A stretch of 58,312 bases of DNA, the filler included, from Catajapyx aquilonaris (Eukaryota), in the NCBI GenBank assembly GCA_000934665.2. It is 3 parts of 3 records of this genome, joined end to end, with 100 filler letters (N's around TTAATTAATTAA, not from the genome) between each part and the next. Parts side by side here need not be neighbours in the genome. Positions count along the whole stretch, not along the records: positions 1 to 19,376 come from JYFJ02006472.1; positions 19,477 to 38,847 come from JYFJ02006473.1; 1 more part is not named here. One strand, written 5' to 3'. The notes beneath the pieces are model-generated. The model was given only the letters and a program-made list of their open reading frames with translations. It was not told the origin of the DNA and ran no database searches. Positions 12,218 through 24,799 of this stretch are shown here, one piece after another; the first letter of the stretch is position 1, and each line of letters starts with the position of its first letter. Made by a program: the position numbers and the translations under genes.

Positions 12218-15200
12218 TATAATTTTAAAGCCGAAGGAAGTAGTTAGTTGACCTTAATAACTTTGTCAGCAATGAACTCTCAACATAACACCTTTAGTGC
12301 GATCAAAAAAATGTGAACATTCAATCATGGCAATCTCTCAATCCTGGACAGCACATTCGTATATCAGAAATATTGTTGTGCATTGTAGTTCACGAGACAT
12401 AGCGTCGTTTGTCCACTGGTGTGGGTTCCCCATTTAATTAATTGTGACATAATGACCCTAAACTGTTTAAAAAATTTGATTTGAGCTCTATTCCTTATGG
12501 AGAATTATATTGTACCTAATTTCATTGCGATCAAAAAATAGGAGGTGTAGTCCTTTGCATGATTTGTCATGGAATCGCCTTCCTATCAAATATCAAATCA
12601 ATATCCCCCCCCCCATTTTTTGAGCCTTGCCAGGAGAAGGTCTACTATCTTGCCTTTTGAAGTTACTTTCATCGAAGATTGAAGGCAATGAGAAATTTCA
12701 AGATGTTGCAAACGTATTTTACAAGTGTCCCAGACACAATAAAATATATATGCATATCACTGTGCAGACCACAACATAAAGAGATGTGACAATGCAGTTT
12801 AGACTACTCAAGCAGCCTTAAAAATTTGAGATGGCTTTAGTCCAGTTGTGACAAATAATGGTGTTGCCATAATTACAGTTAATTTCACCTAAAAGAAACA
12901 TTAGTACAGTGTGACAATTACCTCCCCATTAGCCAGGTGAGGCTGATCACCATTGTCATCCCAAACTGAGCTGATGTTTCACTCCACAGCTATTGGCCGC
13001 CATTCCATCCACCGCTAACCAACTGCCCCCTTGAAGCCTCCTTTGAGGGAATTGTCATGTTCCCAAGACTCATCCCTTGTTGAATTGTTGCCAAGTGTTT
13101 CAAGAAGTTCTTCACGGTTGCCAGTCATTTGATGGCCACCTTTCTGAAAATAAAATTAACATCAGTCACACTGTCAATTAAACACCAGCAGTTCTGATCA
13201 CACAAGACGACCCAATGCATTGGTCAATGCCAATTCGTTAAGGATCCCCTCACTGTAATAATTTGAATGAGCTTGTTTCGTACCATACATGGTGGGAATG
13301 TAGGTTGTTTGATGGAGGAAGAGGGAGAGTGAGACAGGAGTATGTGGAATTTAGCCGAGAAAACATGTGGAGGGCTCTGCTGAGCCCCTCAGAAACACAA
13401 ATGCGGGCCCTATTCTATTATTTTGGCTACATTGCAGACTGGATATACAACTGTTATACTCGGTGAATCATCCTGGTACACTCTAAAACATCATTTCCAC
13501 ATGAGACAGTTCCATATTTTCTGTAATTTGTAATATTCCTCACTACCTAATAGTCTGATGTGTCCCTCCCTGCGGAATGAAGCAGGGAGGTTAATAAACG
13601 ATTGATTAATTGATTGATCGATATTAAATACTACTATCGAAACTGGGCATCGACCATTTTCATAGCAATTAAAATTATGATACGTTCATATCACAATTTG
13701 TGGCTTCAAATGCAAAAAAGTGATGACACTCAAGCATAGGTTTTCACTGCTCAGAGATTTAAAAACTCAGTTTCACTTTTTCTTCTAAAATTGAGGAACT
13801 TCCAATAAAAAAAATATGGTGATACAACACGAAATCAATATCAAAAGAAAATATTTTTCCAGCCTAAATTCATGCCACATTTTGTAAAATCCAGAGCTCA
13901 TAATTACAGTCCAGATTTTTTTGGCACGGAAAACCCCCCACAAATAGGCAGTTAAATAGGCACGAAAAAAAACCCTCCAATAGGCACAAAAAGTTTCCTT
14001 TTTCAGGCATATGAAGGATCATGTTACAGAAAATTCAAAAGCCCAGAAAATTTTTATAAGTCTAAAGCATAAATATAAGGTCGCAAACCAGAGCAAAAAT
14101 CGAATAACAATGATCAACTGACAGAAAATCACAAAATTTGGGCAAAAGACACAAGGTGCAGGCAAGTATCACTTTTTCTGGACTCAACCACTAATAGCTA
14201 GTTTCCACTTGCACCAGACTTGCCGAATATGTTGACAAATATTTTTCCAATCTGAAGAAAATGTAGAAAATTATTTGGCATAAGTACGCGTCACGGAAAC
14301 ATGATTCGTATTACTCCTGAACGACTTTGGGCCATTTCAGGACCTCAAAAAAATACTCCTCAAAAAACCCAACATGCCTCGGAAGGAATAGGACCGGAAT
14401 TCGCAAGCACGGGTGAAGTGGGTCGCACCTAGCGCCAATTGCTGGAGTTACAGTCATGTCAGACGAAAGTGGTTTATGAAGGAGGCGGAGTATGGATACA
14501 AAGCGAAGCTGCAACTTTGGCCTCTTTGGGTGCATGTCGCGTTCTGGTCATGCCAAAAAATACGGCTGCACTTATTCCCGAAGTATTTACTTGCCTGATG
14601 GGAAGCATGGGAGGTCGAACTGCATGGGAAAATGTGCCAACACCTACTTGCCCATGACTGAAAGTACACTAGACATGCCGAAAATGACCTTTGTCAAAAA
14701 ATTTGCAGTAAATCCTTATCTGCATACGTAGTCACAACCCATATGCTCTTATCTCTGCTGCAAAATAGTGAAAATGGAAAACAATATTGGACCTACTCCA
14801 GGAAAGACTTTTAAAAACATTAATTTACATGTTGCTTTTGCATGTTGGAATTTACCTATTTCCGACACCAATGATATTTAATACCTGTATTTGAACTTCA
14901 CGTTGGTTGCATTATTTGAGAGATTTCTGGCAAACTGACTGCTGATAATGTTGCCCCAGAAAATACGTTCCGGTACTTTACAATTTTAATATAGCCAATA
15001 TAATGATCAGACTTCACTAAATTTGGCTAAAAATTGCTATAGAATTTCCAAAATGCATCATTCGTTCAGGTGGTGCATTTACCGCATCTGCAGTAAATAA
15101 AACTCTAACTGACCACCTCCCTATGATATTGCATTCCCCTATGGGGTAATTCCAACACTTGTTAGTGATGCGTTTCGATTCTATATTGTGCGATATTGTA

Positions 15201-16186
15201 CTTTAGATACAGTATGAAATAAGTTACCATTCGATGCTGCAAATAGGCCTCCCAAGTCTTACCCTAGATATTTTTAAATTATAAATCATGCGCTTGATTC
15301 TCCTCTTTTACAAAACATTAATATTCCGTATTTTAGAGATACACAGTAACATTCAAATACCACCATCGACATCGCAGAATAGGTGGGCGACAGTAGAGGA
15401 CCGCCAGCTCTGATCGGAACTAATGTACTCTGGAGTTTGGACCATGCGCATTTATATTTGAGGGGTTTGGAAATGTCAGAATTGAATTTATCGACCCTGA
15501 TAACGTAAGAAATGACACTAGAACGGCCATCACAGCTCAACAGATATGCCGAAAACACCCAATTTTTAAAAGCCCTGTTAAAATCTTTGCGCGACTGTAC
15601 AAAAATTAATCGAAACTTTCGTTGGCACCTACAAGCGTGAAAACACTACATAAGGTGCCAGGAACGCGGGAAAGAATTATCGCTTTTGTCTCGAAATACA
15701 TAATACTTTCAATATGCCATCGTACTAAGAAACCGTGCAATACTGGTTGTTATACAGAAAATTCCTGGACGACTTGAACCCCGCACAGATTCATATTTGA
15801 TCACATATGACTTCAGTGCAAGTCATTAACTCCCCATTTTCTCGGAAACAAAATTTTGCGACTTGAACCACTCTTGTTGGGAGCCCCTCAATTAGTCATG
15901 CTACAAACTGCCCAAATATTTTCATTGCCACAAAAATTATGCATTACATATGCTCATCCACACCACAGTGCACCAAAAAACTCTCATTTTGCCCACTTCA
16001 ATTGAACGGTTCTTTAACACTCATTGTGGCAATCACCCAACACTACGTCCATTACATTCAAGTTACATGCCATAGAAATGGCGCTTGTTAAATAAATTAT
16101 CGGGATTAAATGCGACATTCGAGAAAATACATTAAAAGTGGGCCAGTGATTTGCTCACTATCACAAATATCTACCACAAATCTTAA

Positions 16187-16654
16187 CCCTTAACTGCGTA
16201 GGTGGGTGAAACACCTTTAACTACGTAGGTGGAGCCTGAGAGGCTCCAACGGTATATTTAAGTTTCTGCTTTTCAGCTAAATTGTTATTTTGGACTTTTC
16301 ACATACAGAAAGTGCTGTTCAGATCATTCTTCCGAAAACGTAAAAATCACACGCTGAGTCAGCATATTCTGACAGGGAAAAATTTTTAATTAAAAGGTTA
16401 CATCATGTGTTTGAGCCGCTCAGGATTCACCTGAGATATAGAGCCTGAGCGGTTCCAGGAGGGACCTGTTCCTCGTTACGAATTTTTTTAAACCAAAGAA
16501 CAGGGACTAAAAATTTGTTTCTTTCCTTTTCATGCTTAGGAAGATTTTTCTGACACAGTCACGGAAGAACAGGGGAAAATAAAATTCAATGAAAAAGTTA
16601 TATGCGTTTAAATAGTGCTTGGAGCCTCTCAGGCTCCACCTACGTAGTTAAGGG
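16187..16654. mobile_element. piggyBac-like MITE
   Basis: TTAA-CCCTTAACTGCGTAGGTGG ... CCACCTACGTAGTTAAGGG-TTAA, with subterminal GGAGCCTGAG repeats. Confidence 0.85.
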
Positions 16655-19376
16655 TTAAGCTAAGGCATTATGATTGACTCAATATCTTATCATCACATGA
16701 CAGTGACTCATATCAGTCCATGATATGCAATTATCATCATCCACTCAATATCCCTGCTGACCCAAAAGTCAACAAGTGACAGAAAATTCAAATTGCGACT
16801 GCCAAGTTAAATCTCATGTACAATTTCGTACAACTTACACGAAAAAATTCTCCACTGTTCATAGTTCAGAAGTTCATAATACTGGGGGAAAAACTGATTA
16901 TTCATCTGGATTATTCACCTGCACACAAAAGCTGTTGGGTTGTAACAATCATCCTCCCCTGCCGCAGATCAGGTTGCGGACGCTTCCGGAAGAACTGCTT
17001 TTGGCCCAAGCACCTTGTCAAACGTGGAACTAGTTGCAGTAACCTGTAAACAATTCCAGCATTAGATTTCAACTGTCACTCCCAGGACATGTTTTTCTGC
17101 ATCACAAAATTTAAGCAGTAATTCCCCAGATTAGTAAAAATTTGCATGTAGGGATCTGGCTCTGAAACTCTCCCTGACTGCAAAAATTGGCCATCATCCA
17201 CCATTGTCGAATATGTTAAAACAAAAATTCTGGGGAAGTTTCTTGTGTATGCTGCGGCCAAATGGCAATTTCAAATGCAATTTTTTGTGTGCAAATTATC
17301 CACTTTCTAACCCAGGAACTTCCAATAAAGATTATTGCGAGCCACTGCAAATTTGATCCCAGAAGACATTTTCTTTGACATGCATCAAAAATCCCCAAAA
17401 TTTACACCTGGTAAAGGAAGGTCTGGTCCCTGGTAACTCCGGAAAAAAAACATTATCGGCAAGCAGAGGCCATTTAACATAGCAGGGATAGGAAAGTCCC
17501 GCCTCTGCACAGCTAACGCCGCCATTTTGATGGCAGGCCAAATTTGGGCGCGAGAGGCGCGCAACTGGAAATTGGTCAATTTCAGAATACTTGACTCACA
17601 CATTATCTTATGGAACAATCCACTTAAGTTGGGGGCTGGCTGTATTCGTTATATGACCAAAAAGCATCGTATGCACAGTCACAATCATAGTGGGGTATAG
17701 AGCCTAAGTCGCAATCATAAAGATGTGGACGGTAGTCAATTTTCTGCTATATATAAATTTTTTACACATGCAACCACGTGGGCACCGTTCGCAAAACACA
17801 TGCGATGGGCATTAGCAATGTGTTGTCAAGTCCAGTTGGTGTACTGCGCTGCTCTTATTTCCAACCCTGCACTCCGGGGTCACACAAAATGGGTGACGTT
17901 AATGTCGCAAAAGCACCCGAATTACCTCCGAGGCTCTGGTCTACTATCCACGTCCTTACGCGCACGACTGCATTTATTACGTCGTCCCCACCAGAGAGGG
18001 CAAGATTATCAGGCTCGCTGTTTGAAATGTGTGCCAGTGTGACCGCATTACTTTCTGCCTCCTGGCCCTGCTAAGCATGCTCTGTCGCATTGCCCGTTGA
18101 CGACCATAGTAAGCTGGTCACTGTGCCGTTAACGTGCTTACTCGCTGTTATTGCGGCCACTACTGGGCACCCAGCCTACTACCACAGTGTGTGCCCAGTG
18201 TTGCTGCACCATTGCGGCAGCATAATTCCAAACAAAAAACCCAATGGAATCTGCCCGAATTTACCAGAAAACCGCACATTCCAGGGGCCAAAAGTGGGCA
18301 GCCGCTTATCCCTCCCCCCTTGACGAATGGTCGTGAATAAATGGCCTGCACGGGCCGCCCCCCAACTGCCGAAGCCCTCGCTCACCGGAGTTGGCCCCGG
18401 GGCGGCCCCTGGTCCTCTCCCCAGCAGCCCCCATCCGCCCCACCCAACTTCGGCGTCACCAGTGAGGCTGTAGAGAGGGAAGCAGCGCCCGACGCCTCTC
18501 ATGCGGCCAGAACCTGAACCTCCTAGTTGGGACTCCCCGTGAGCAGAGGGCGGGGCAGTCGCCTTTGAAATATGCGCGTCACTTTTGGGCATGGTGGAAA
18601 GAGAAGCTTTTGGGGAAATGGAAAAGGAAGCCGGACATTTTTGGGGGAGACCAGTGGGTGGGAAGGAGGCCCGCATTCCACCCTGATTCCACCCACCCAC
18701 CCTGCCCAATCCCACCCTAAAAGGACCTTCAAACTCCCCTAGCCACGAACCGGGAATTCCATCCCCGCCTGGAGCGAAAAAGAGGGGCGCCAACAGTCTC
18801 GTGACGTGTCGCTAGCCTCAAAATCATGTCAAATGAACAAGAATATCGAGCCTAAATGACCTCCGGAAGGACGAACCGGCTTCAGAATACAAAAGGAACG
18901 TGGTAGTCAACCGTCCACATCTTTATGCTCGCCACTGTACGCACACAGCCCAAATTTGGGCTAAAATTAATTTCCCCTCAAGTCATTATTGTTTTAAAAA
19001 AATAGTCCACGCTATACTCCCAGTATGTGCGAATAATTATGAGCGATTGAAGAAGAAAGGTGAGCATATAGGATGGCAGAAAACTCACCACATTTCAGCA
19101 GTTGCATGTCGTATGCGAAGTAGTAGCCTGGACTAGTAGCGTGCTGGTCTGGTCTGTCTGGTATCAACCGTCAACTCGGAATCGGAATTAGGGATGGGAC
19201 AAAAATCGCTTAGCAGTTTAAAAAAGCTGCTATTTTCAAATCGCTCTGAGCATATTGCTATTCACTTGATCGCAATAGACGATTTTCATATTAAGTGCTA
19301 TTTATGTTTCAGTTAATGCAATTGAAGCCTTTTTTGTAAAAACAACACATCAAAAAATTGAACTTTTCAGGAGACA

Positions 19377-19476
19377 NNNNNNNNNNNNNNNNNNNNNNNN
19401 NNNNNNNNNNNNNNNNNNNNTTAATTAATTAANNNNNNNNNNNNNNNNNNNNNNNNNNNNNNNNNNNNNNNNNNNN
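19377..19476. other. Scaffold gap with artificial TTAATTAATTAA spacer
   Basis: 100-nt N run with a central six-frame stop linker. Confidence 0.95.
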
Positions 19477-19807
19477 CTACAACTGTTTCAATGTTTTACG
19501 AGCAATGGGCAAGTTACAGCAAGAAAAATTCCATTAAAATTTTTTGATGATTAGACTTAAGGTCGACCTGGAAAAACAAAGTTAGTGGTATAGGTTGAAG
19601 AAATTGATAATGCCAGTAATTGACAACGACGTTGAACTTGGCCGTATTTCAGATCTCACCACTTTTGACGGCCAAGTAATCAGCAGGAGAACTTGGCCTT
19701 TTTTTACAGGAAGGTTTTTGGTGGGATACTGTATTCTCACACCAACTATAGCATGATGTCTCTGTTTACAGGCAAACTATTTCTAATCTAGTGCAGTTCT
19801 GAGTCAT

Positions 19808-22800
19808 TTATCGCTTCCTGTCGAGAATTTTGTTAAGAAAGGCTGTGCAGAGGCCCCGCATGTTCGGATTTTCCATGTTGGAAATATCCTGCATGATCGA
19901 GTTCTTGGAATTGTCTTCGAACTTCCTGTACATCTCTGGAAGACTGAGGTTCCTGTAGAGGTTCTTAATTCGGGACACGTGCTTGGGGTCCTCGGATCCG
20001 TAGTTCTTCTGAAATGGGAGGGACATGCGATGGAGGGAGGGACACTCACAAAACGCTGAGAAATTCCTTCAGGTATCATGATGCATGCACGAGAAACAAA
20101 GAGCATGCTGACGCCCTTGATGTAGTACAGTACCTCCAGGACCATCCTCTGATGGTGATCCACGTGCTTGAGGGCAGTGACCACCAGCCAGGAGCACTTT
20201 CCCTCCTCGATGTCCGTCCCCATCTTACCCATGACCTCTGGGTCACCGAAGCAGTCCAAGTAGTCGTCCTGGACTTGGAAGAGGTGGCCAACCTTCAAGA
20301 GGACGGCCTCCACCTCCGAGTGACTTCTCTCGTCAAACATTCCTGCCTAATACAGTAATTGTGAATTAATAATGTTCATGGCAACGAATACGTACCACGT
20401 ACAGTTCATCATGATTCATCAGATGTACCGAAAGAATGCATTTTAAAAATAGTTCATTAGTTATGAGGTGCATCATAGATTTCCAATGGGGGCCAGTTTC
20501 ATAAAAACTCGTTAACGTTGCTTCGACGTACCGTGCAGCTTTTTTTCTCAATTGGCATTTTTATTTCCCCCTATACTGAATTACATACTGTATTATAATA
20601 ATATTATCGTAAATTATTATTTCCGCTATCTCACCATGATCATTGCTAGTCCCACTGGGAGGTAAAAGGAGTAATATGAGGTCTTGTACATGACTATTGT
20701 TGCGTATCTCTCTTCTGTGAACAGGTCGAGCTGTGGCTTGCTACCAGATGAGGTCAGGAGGTCCAGGCACTGACCCTTCTCCGTTTTGAAAATAGTCTTT
20801 GAAGGAAAATAAAGCATGTCCACATCATATGCGTCTCATTCCTGATTGCATGGTTGAAATTTAGCATTCACACTGTACGAACGATTTTTTCTCTTACCAT
20901 CAATCAAACCATCAATCAAACCACCAATCAATCAATCAATCAATCAATCGATATTTACCAATAATTTCTATTTCATAATAGTTTCTAATGATCATTAATA
21001 ACAACGGTTAACTTTGCTGCCTGAGATAGCAGTTATAATCCAGGCACGAAATGTTATGTAATATAATTATTTTGTTTTTTTTGTGGGTTAGTCCATGTCA
21101 ATTCGATCACTCTGGCATAAGATTTTACCTCCCCTCTTCAGATTTTGGCGAAATTTGGCAGAGTTGTAGGGTTCACAGATATACGGAATCGGGCCAAATT
21201 TCGCGTTCATTGGTTCGACCTGTTCGGCAAGGTACGTCACGGAAATTGTTACCATCGGGCATCATGCGGCTCGGTTTTTCTAACATTTTCTTGAAAACCT
21301 TATTTTATATTGGATGAATTTTGACAGTGAGCATATCAACGGTTAGATCACAGTTATAATATTTATCATACCAAGCCACTTTAATAAAAATATCACTTAA
21401 TTTCTGCTCGTACCATGTATTTTCGTAATTTGATATTTGGCCAAGTTTTTTAGGAATTAATGCATCTTCTATTTTGAGAGGTGTAATGTCGTATGAGAGG
21501 AGTCATGTTCTAGGCGACTGCCAAAAATCAGGCTGGGCCAACCAGAGACTGTTGAGAAAATAAATAAAACGTCTTCTAACCAGCCTATAATGAAGTAATC
21601 GGGCTTCACACTGAGACCCCCTATGATTATGGAATGTTATGATGTGATGTGGAAAAATGTTAAAATTACTTGTATAGTCTCCCGTTTTCTGGAAGTGAAT
21701 ATTACACGGATTGATGGGGCCTTTATTTATTCACTTTTAAGCCAGCCTACTCTCACAATCTTCCCTGTCTCCTCAGCAGTGGAGTACATGCCGACAGTCA
21801 CTATTACAACAGCCTGGCCCTGGTTAAAATGCATGTTACTTGAGTCCCACTGACATTAGCTCTTGCATTAGTGCTTCTTCTTTTTAAATATATTATTTCG
21901 CTACATATTGGAACACGGCATCGTTGAAGGCACCTTCTGCCCAATGAAGTATTATTTGCTGGGTCTTCGCAAGCTGGTCTTCACTGGGTCTTCACCCCAA
22001 GTCTATGCCTCCCAGGCCGTCGCATTGCCCTTTACCGTGGCTTGTAGTCAGCCAAAACGTATCAATCTGCCAAAATCCCGAAACCATCATAATTATAATG
22101 ATGTGCTAAGTTGACGTTGCGATTCTTGTACTGCGAAAAGTAGGAAATATTCTTGACTGGGATTCCTATTTTCAAGTCTGAAATCAATTTAAAAAATAAA
22201 GGGATGGATTGCTACCTTGATTGCAACAGTCAATTTTCAAAATCGAAGATGCATCAATTCCTTAAAAAAGAGGTCAAATGTCACATAAAAAATCCATGGC
22301 ACGAGCAGAAAGTGGCTTTTCATGATTCATCTATCTGTGATCTCCCCGCAATATGCTCACTGTCCAAATGCGACCGATAGAAAATAAGTTATTCATGAAA
22401 ATGTCCGAAAAAAGGCGCCGCATGCCGCCAGTGGTAACAATAATTTTCGTGACCTCCCACGCCGAACAGGTCGTAATACGTAATTAACGCATAATTTGGC
22501 CCGATACTATAACTCTATGAACCCTACAACTCTGCCAAAATAACGTTGTCAAAATCGGAGGATGGGAGGTTTCTTCGGGCCGATTTTGAGCGAGTTTATT
22601 ATGACAACCACCTGATGACTCCCATAGTAAATGTTTCCCTCTATTAAAAACCAGTTTCTGGAGCATTACCTCGTTTAATAAGTCGACGCACTTGGTGTAG
22701 TAGGTCTGGTCTCGGTGGTACTTCCACAGGATATGGAAGGCGGCCCTTTCCATGAGCAAGGCGTCGTTGAAGGCCTTTGGTCATAGTCCGTTGGTCAAGT

Positions 22801-22835
22801 ACCAGCAGGGCTGACCTCTTCTGGTCTTGGAATTG
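19808..22835 (-). pseudogene. FPPS-like trans-isoprenyl diphosphate synthase pseudogene (copy 1): partial exon 22835-22670, then 20796-20635, 20346-20134, 20008-19808
   Basis: Near-identical to the intact copy at 32337-35664 ([37 protein letters not shown]). It has an in-frame TGA at 22783-22781 (GGG in the intact copy), and exons 1-2 plus the first DDXXD motif are deleted. Confidence 0.9.
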
Positions 22836-23709
22836 ACGTGCACACATGCAGCCTGACATACTCTTTTTGGGTTACGAAAGAGCAGAATCACGATGAGAGT
22901 AGTTATGCAATTTTGAAACCTTTTCTCTAAAAACGCTCTACCCTAGAGAGAATTAATTAATATTTACATAATAATCCCTTCATCATGAAGATGCTAGTAT
23001 ATTATTCATGGTTAAGTGCTTTATTCGGTATTCGTTCCTCGCAAATGCACGATACACCACTGTGAATGTCTTGTACAGCCTCTGCTGCGAGAAACTACAC
23101 GAAGTTTCTCTCCTTGAGAATACAAAATTGCCTGAGCAAAGCATCACCTCTGCGCTAGACATGAAACTGAGATATTATGCATAAGATGTTATTAATTTAT
23201 TCAATCAATGTCCTTCTGCATAAGACAGAGTTGATCTGGAAAATACATTAGTCTACAAGTTGCATCAAAAACTAAGGAATCCCCAACATTATTCCAGATA
23301 TATCTATGTTTATCATTACATTAACTTAATTGCTACAGGATTAATAACTATGAACTGAAGAAAATAGCATTCTTCTGATATTTTTCTGTATTCTTTTCGT
23401 CCCTATTCTTGCATACGTATAATACATTTTTAGTTTCCATTGGATGCTGCGGTTTTTATCCCATTATTAATATGTTGCCAGTTTTGCAATAGTACAGAAG
23501 CATGGTTTTCATAATAGTGTGTTTTAATGAACGCATTGGGGTCAGCTAGAGTGTAAGTCTGAATGGGTGATTCTCCAAAAACTTACCATTTTCAAAGCAA
23601 GAATTAATGAATTTCAAAACTTGTTTTAAAAATATGGAAAAATTCTCACTTATATATATGAGGTCACAAATCAGGGAAAAATATGGAGAACTAATTCTGA
23701 TATTCTAAT

Positions 23710-24125
23710 GCCAGGAGAGTGAATATTTCCAGGAGTTCGGGAGCCAGAAGAATGACCTATGCATGCAATAGGATCAATATCACGGTCCAGAACAAACGTT
23801 GTCTATGGAGATTTCGGTGGGTTCAAGAAGACCCTTCATGCCATGGAATCAGAGTTATTTCAAAACATTTAAACTATTTTGTGACATAGAAAAATGAGCC
23901 AGGAGTGTGAACTTTTTATTTCCGGGAGTTTGGGAGCCAGAAGAATTGACCTTTGGATGCATTAGGATCGATTAGGATTAATATCACGGTCCAGAACAAA
24001 CGTTGACTCTGGAAATTTCTGTGGGTTCAAGAAGACCCTTCATGCCATGGAATCACAGTTATTTCAAAATATTTATGATATTTTGTGACATAGAAAAATG
24101 AGCCAGGAGTGTGGACTTTTTATTT
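23710..24125. repeat. Tandem repeat, ~190-200-bp unit, ~2.1 copies
   Basis: gccaggag.gtg starts at ~23710, ~23898 and ~24102. The block atatcacggtccagaacaaacgttg...caagaagacccttcatgccatggaatca occurs twice. Confidence 0.85.
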
Positions 24126-24799
24126 TCGAGAAAACTCGGGACACATTTTGGAGTGATGCAGCAAGGTCGTGTCAAATGAAACTCAATTAATAATACTAAT
24201 ATACTAATAATTAATAATAATAATAATTAATAATAATTAATATACTAAGGTGCGAGGTAAAGAAAGACCCACACTTTATGCCGAATTTGGATTGGAGTTC
24301 GATTGGAATGGTTCAGTATGTTCCTCCCAGTCTCTTCTTCGCGGATCGTCAAAGTACAGTTGACTCCGGATATAACAGCCTCGGTTATAACAGACTCGAA
24401 AGGGAAAATACGTTGCTTTTGATTATTCAACTTGCTTTCCCACGCGCAAGATGACAGAGAACATACTGATTGTGAGCATCCTGCCGTTCTGAAACTTTAT
24501 TGTTGCTACACTTCCTGGCAAATTTCATAGCGGAAAGGAGGGATACATACTGTATATAAATAATTGTCATAATGGGCCATCAGAAACGACGAAAATAATT
24601 TATTGCGCAAAAAAAGTGAAAATAGGTCAATAACATTGCTGCCTTACCAAGATTTAGGTTATTATTTTATAGCATTATTCAGGTTTACGTAAACTTACAA
24701 TCCTGTGGATGTGGATTGCGTGATTGTTGTGAGTCATCACTCATGTTTTATCCCGCTCCCCCCNCCCCCCCCCCCCCATCAGCAGAGAGGCAATAAGCA

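Larger units (their letters stand above)
10326..12579. mobile_element. Foldback-type non-autonomous DNA element with ~350-bp diverged inverted arms (10326-10688 and 12233-12579), hosting two MITEs
   Basis: gcgattccaggacaaatc...aaggtcaactaactac is the reverse complement of gtagttagttgacctt...gatttgtcatggaatcgc. Confidence 0.75.

Noticed and set aside
12780..13150. Exon-like segments with splice signals on the minus strand
   Set aside because: Stops occur in all three frames of the larger segment and there is no recognisable homology.
18179..18793. 204-aa GC-rich ORF and a TGGCGCC primer-binding-site-like motif at ~18785
   Set aside because: Low-complexity Gly/Pro translation with no recognisable domain and no paired LTRs seen.
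19421..19432. TTAATTAATTAA palindrome inside N runs (also at ~38892-38903)
   Set aside because: Artificial gap spacer with stops in all frames, not biological sequence.
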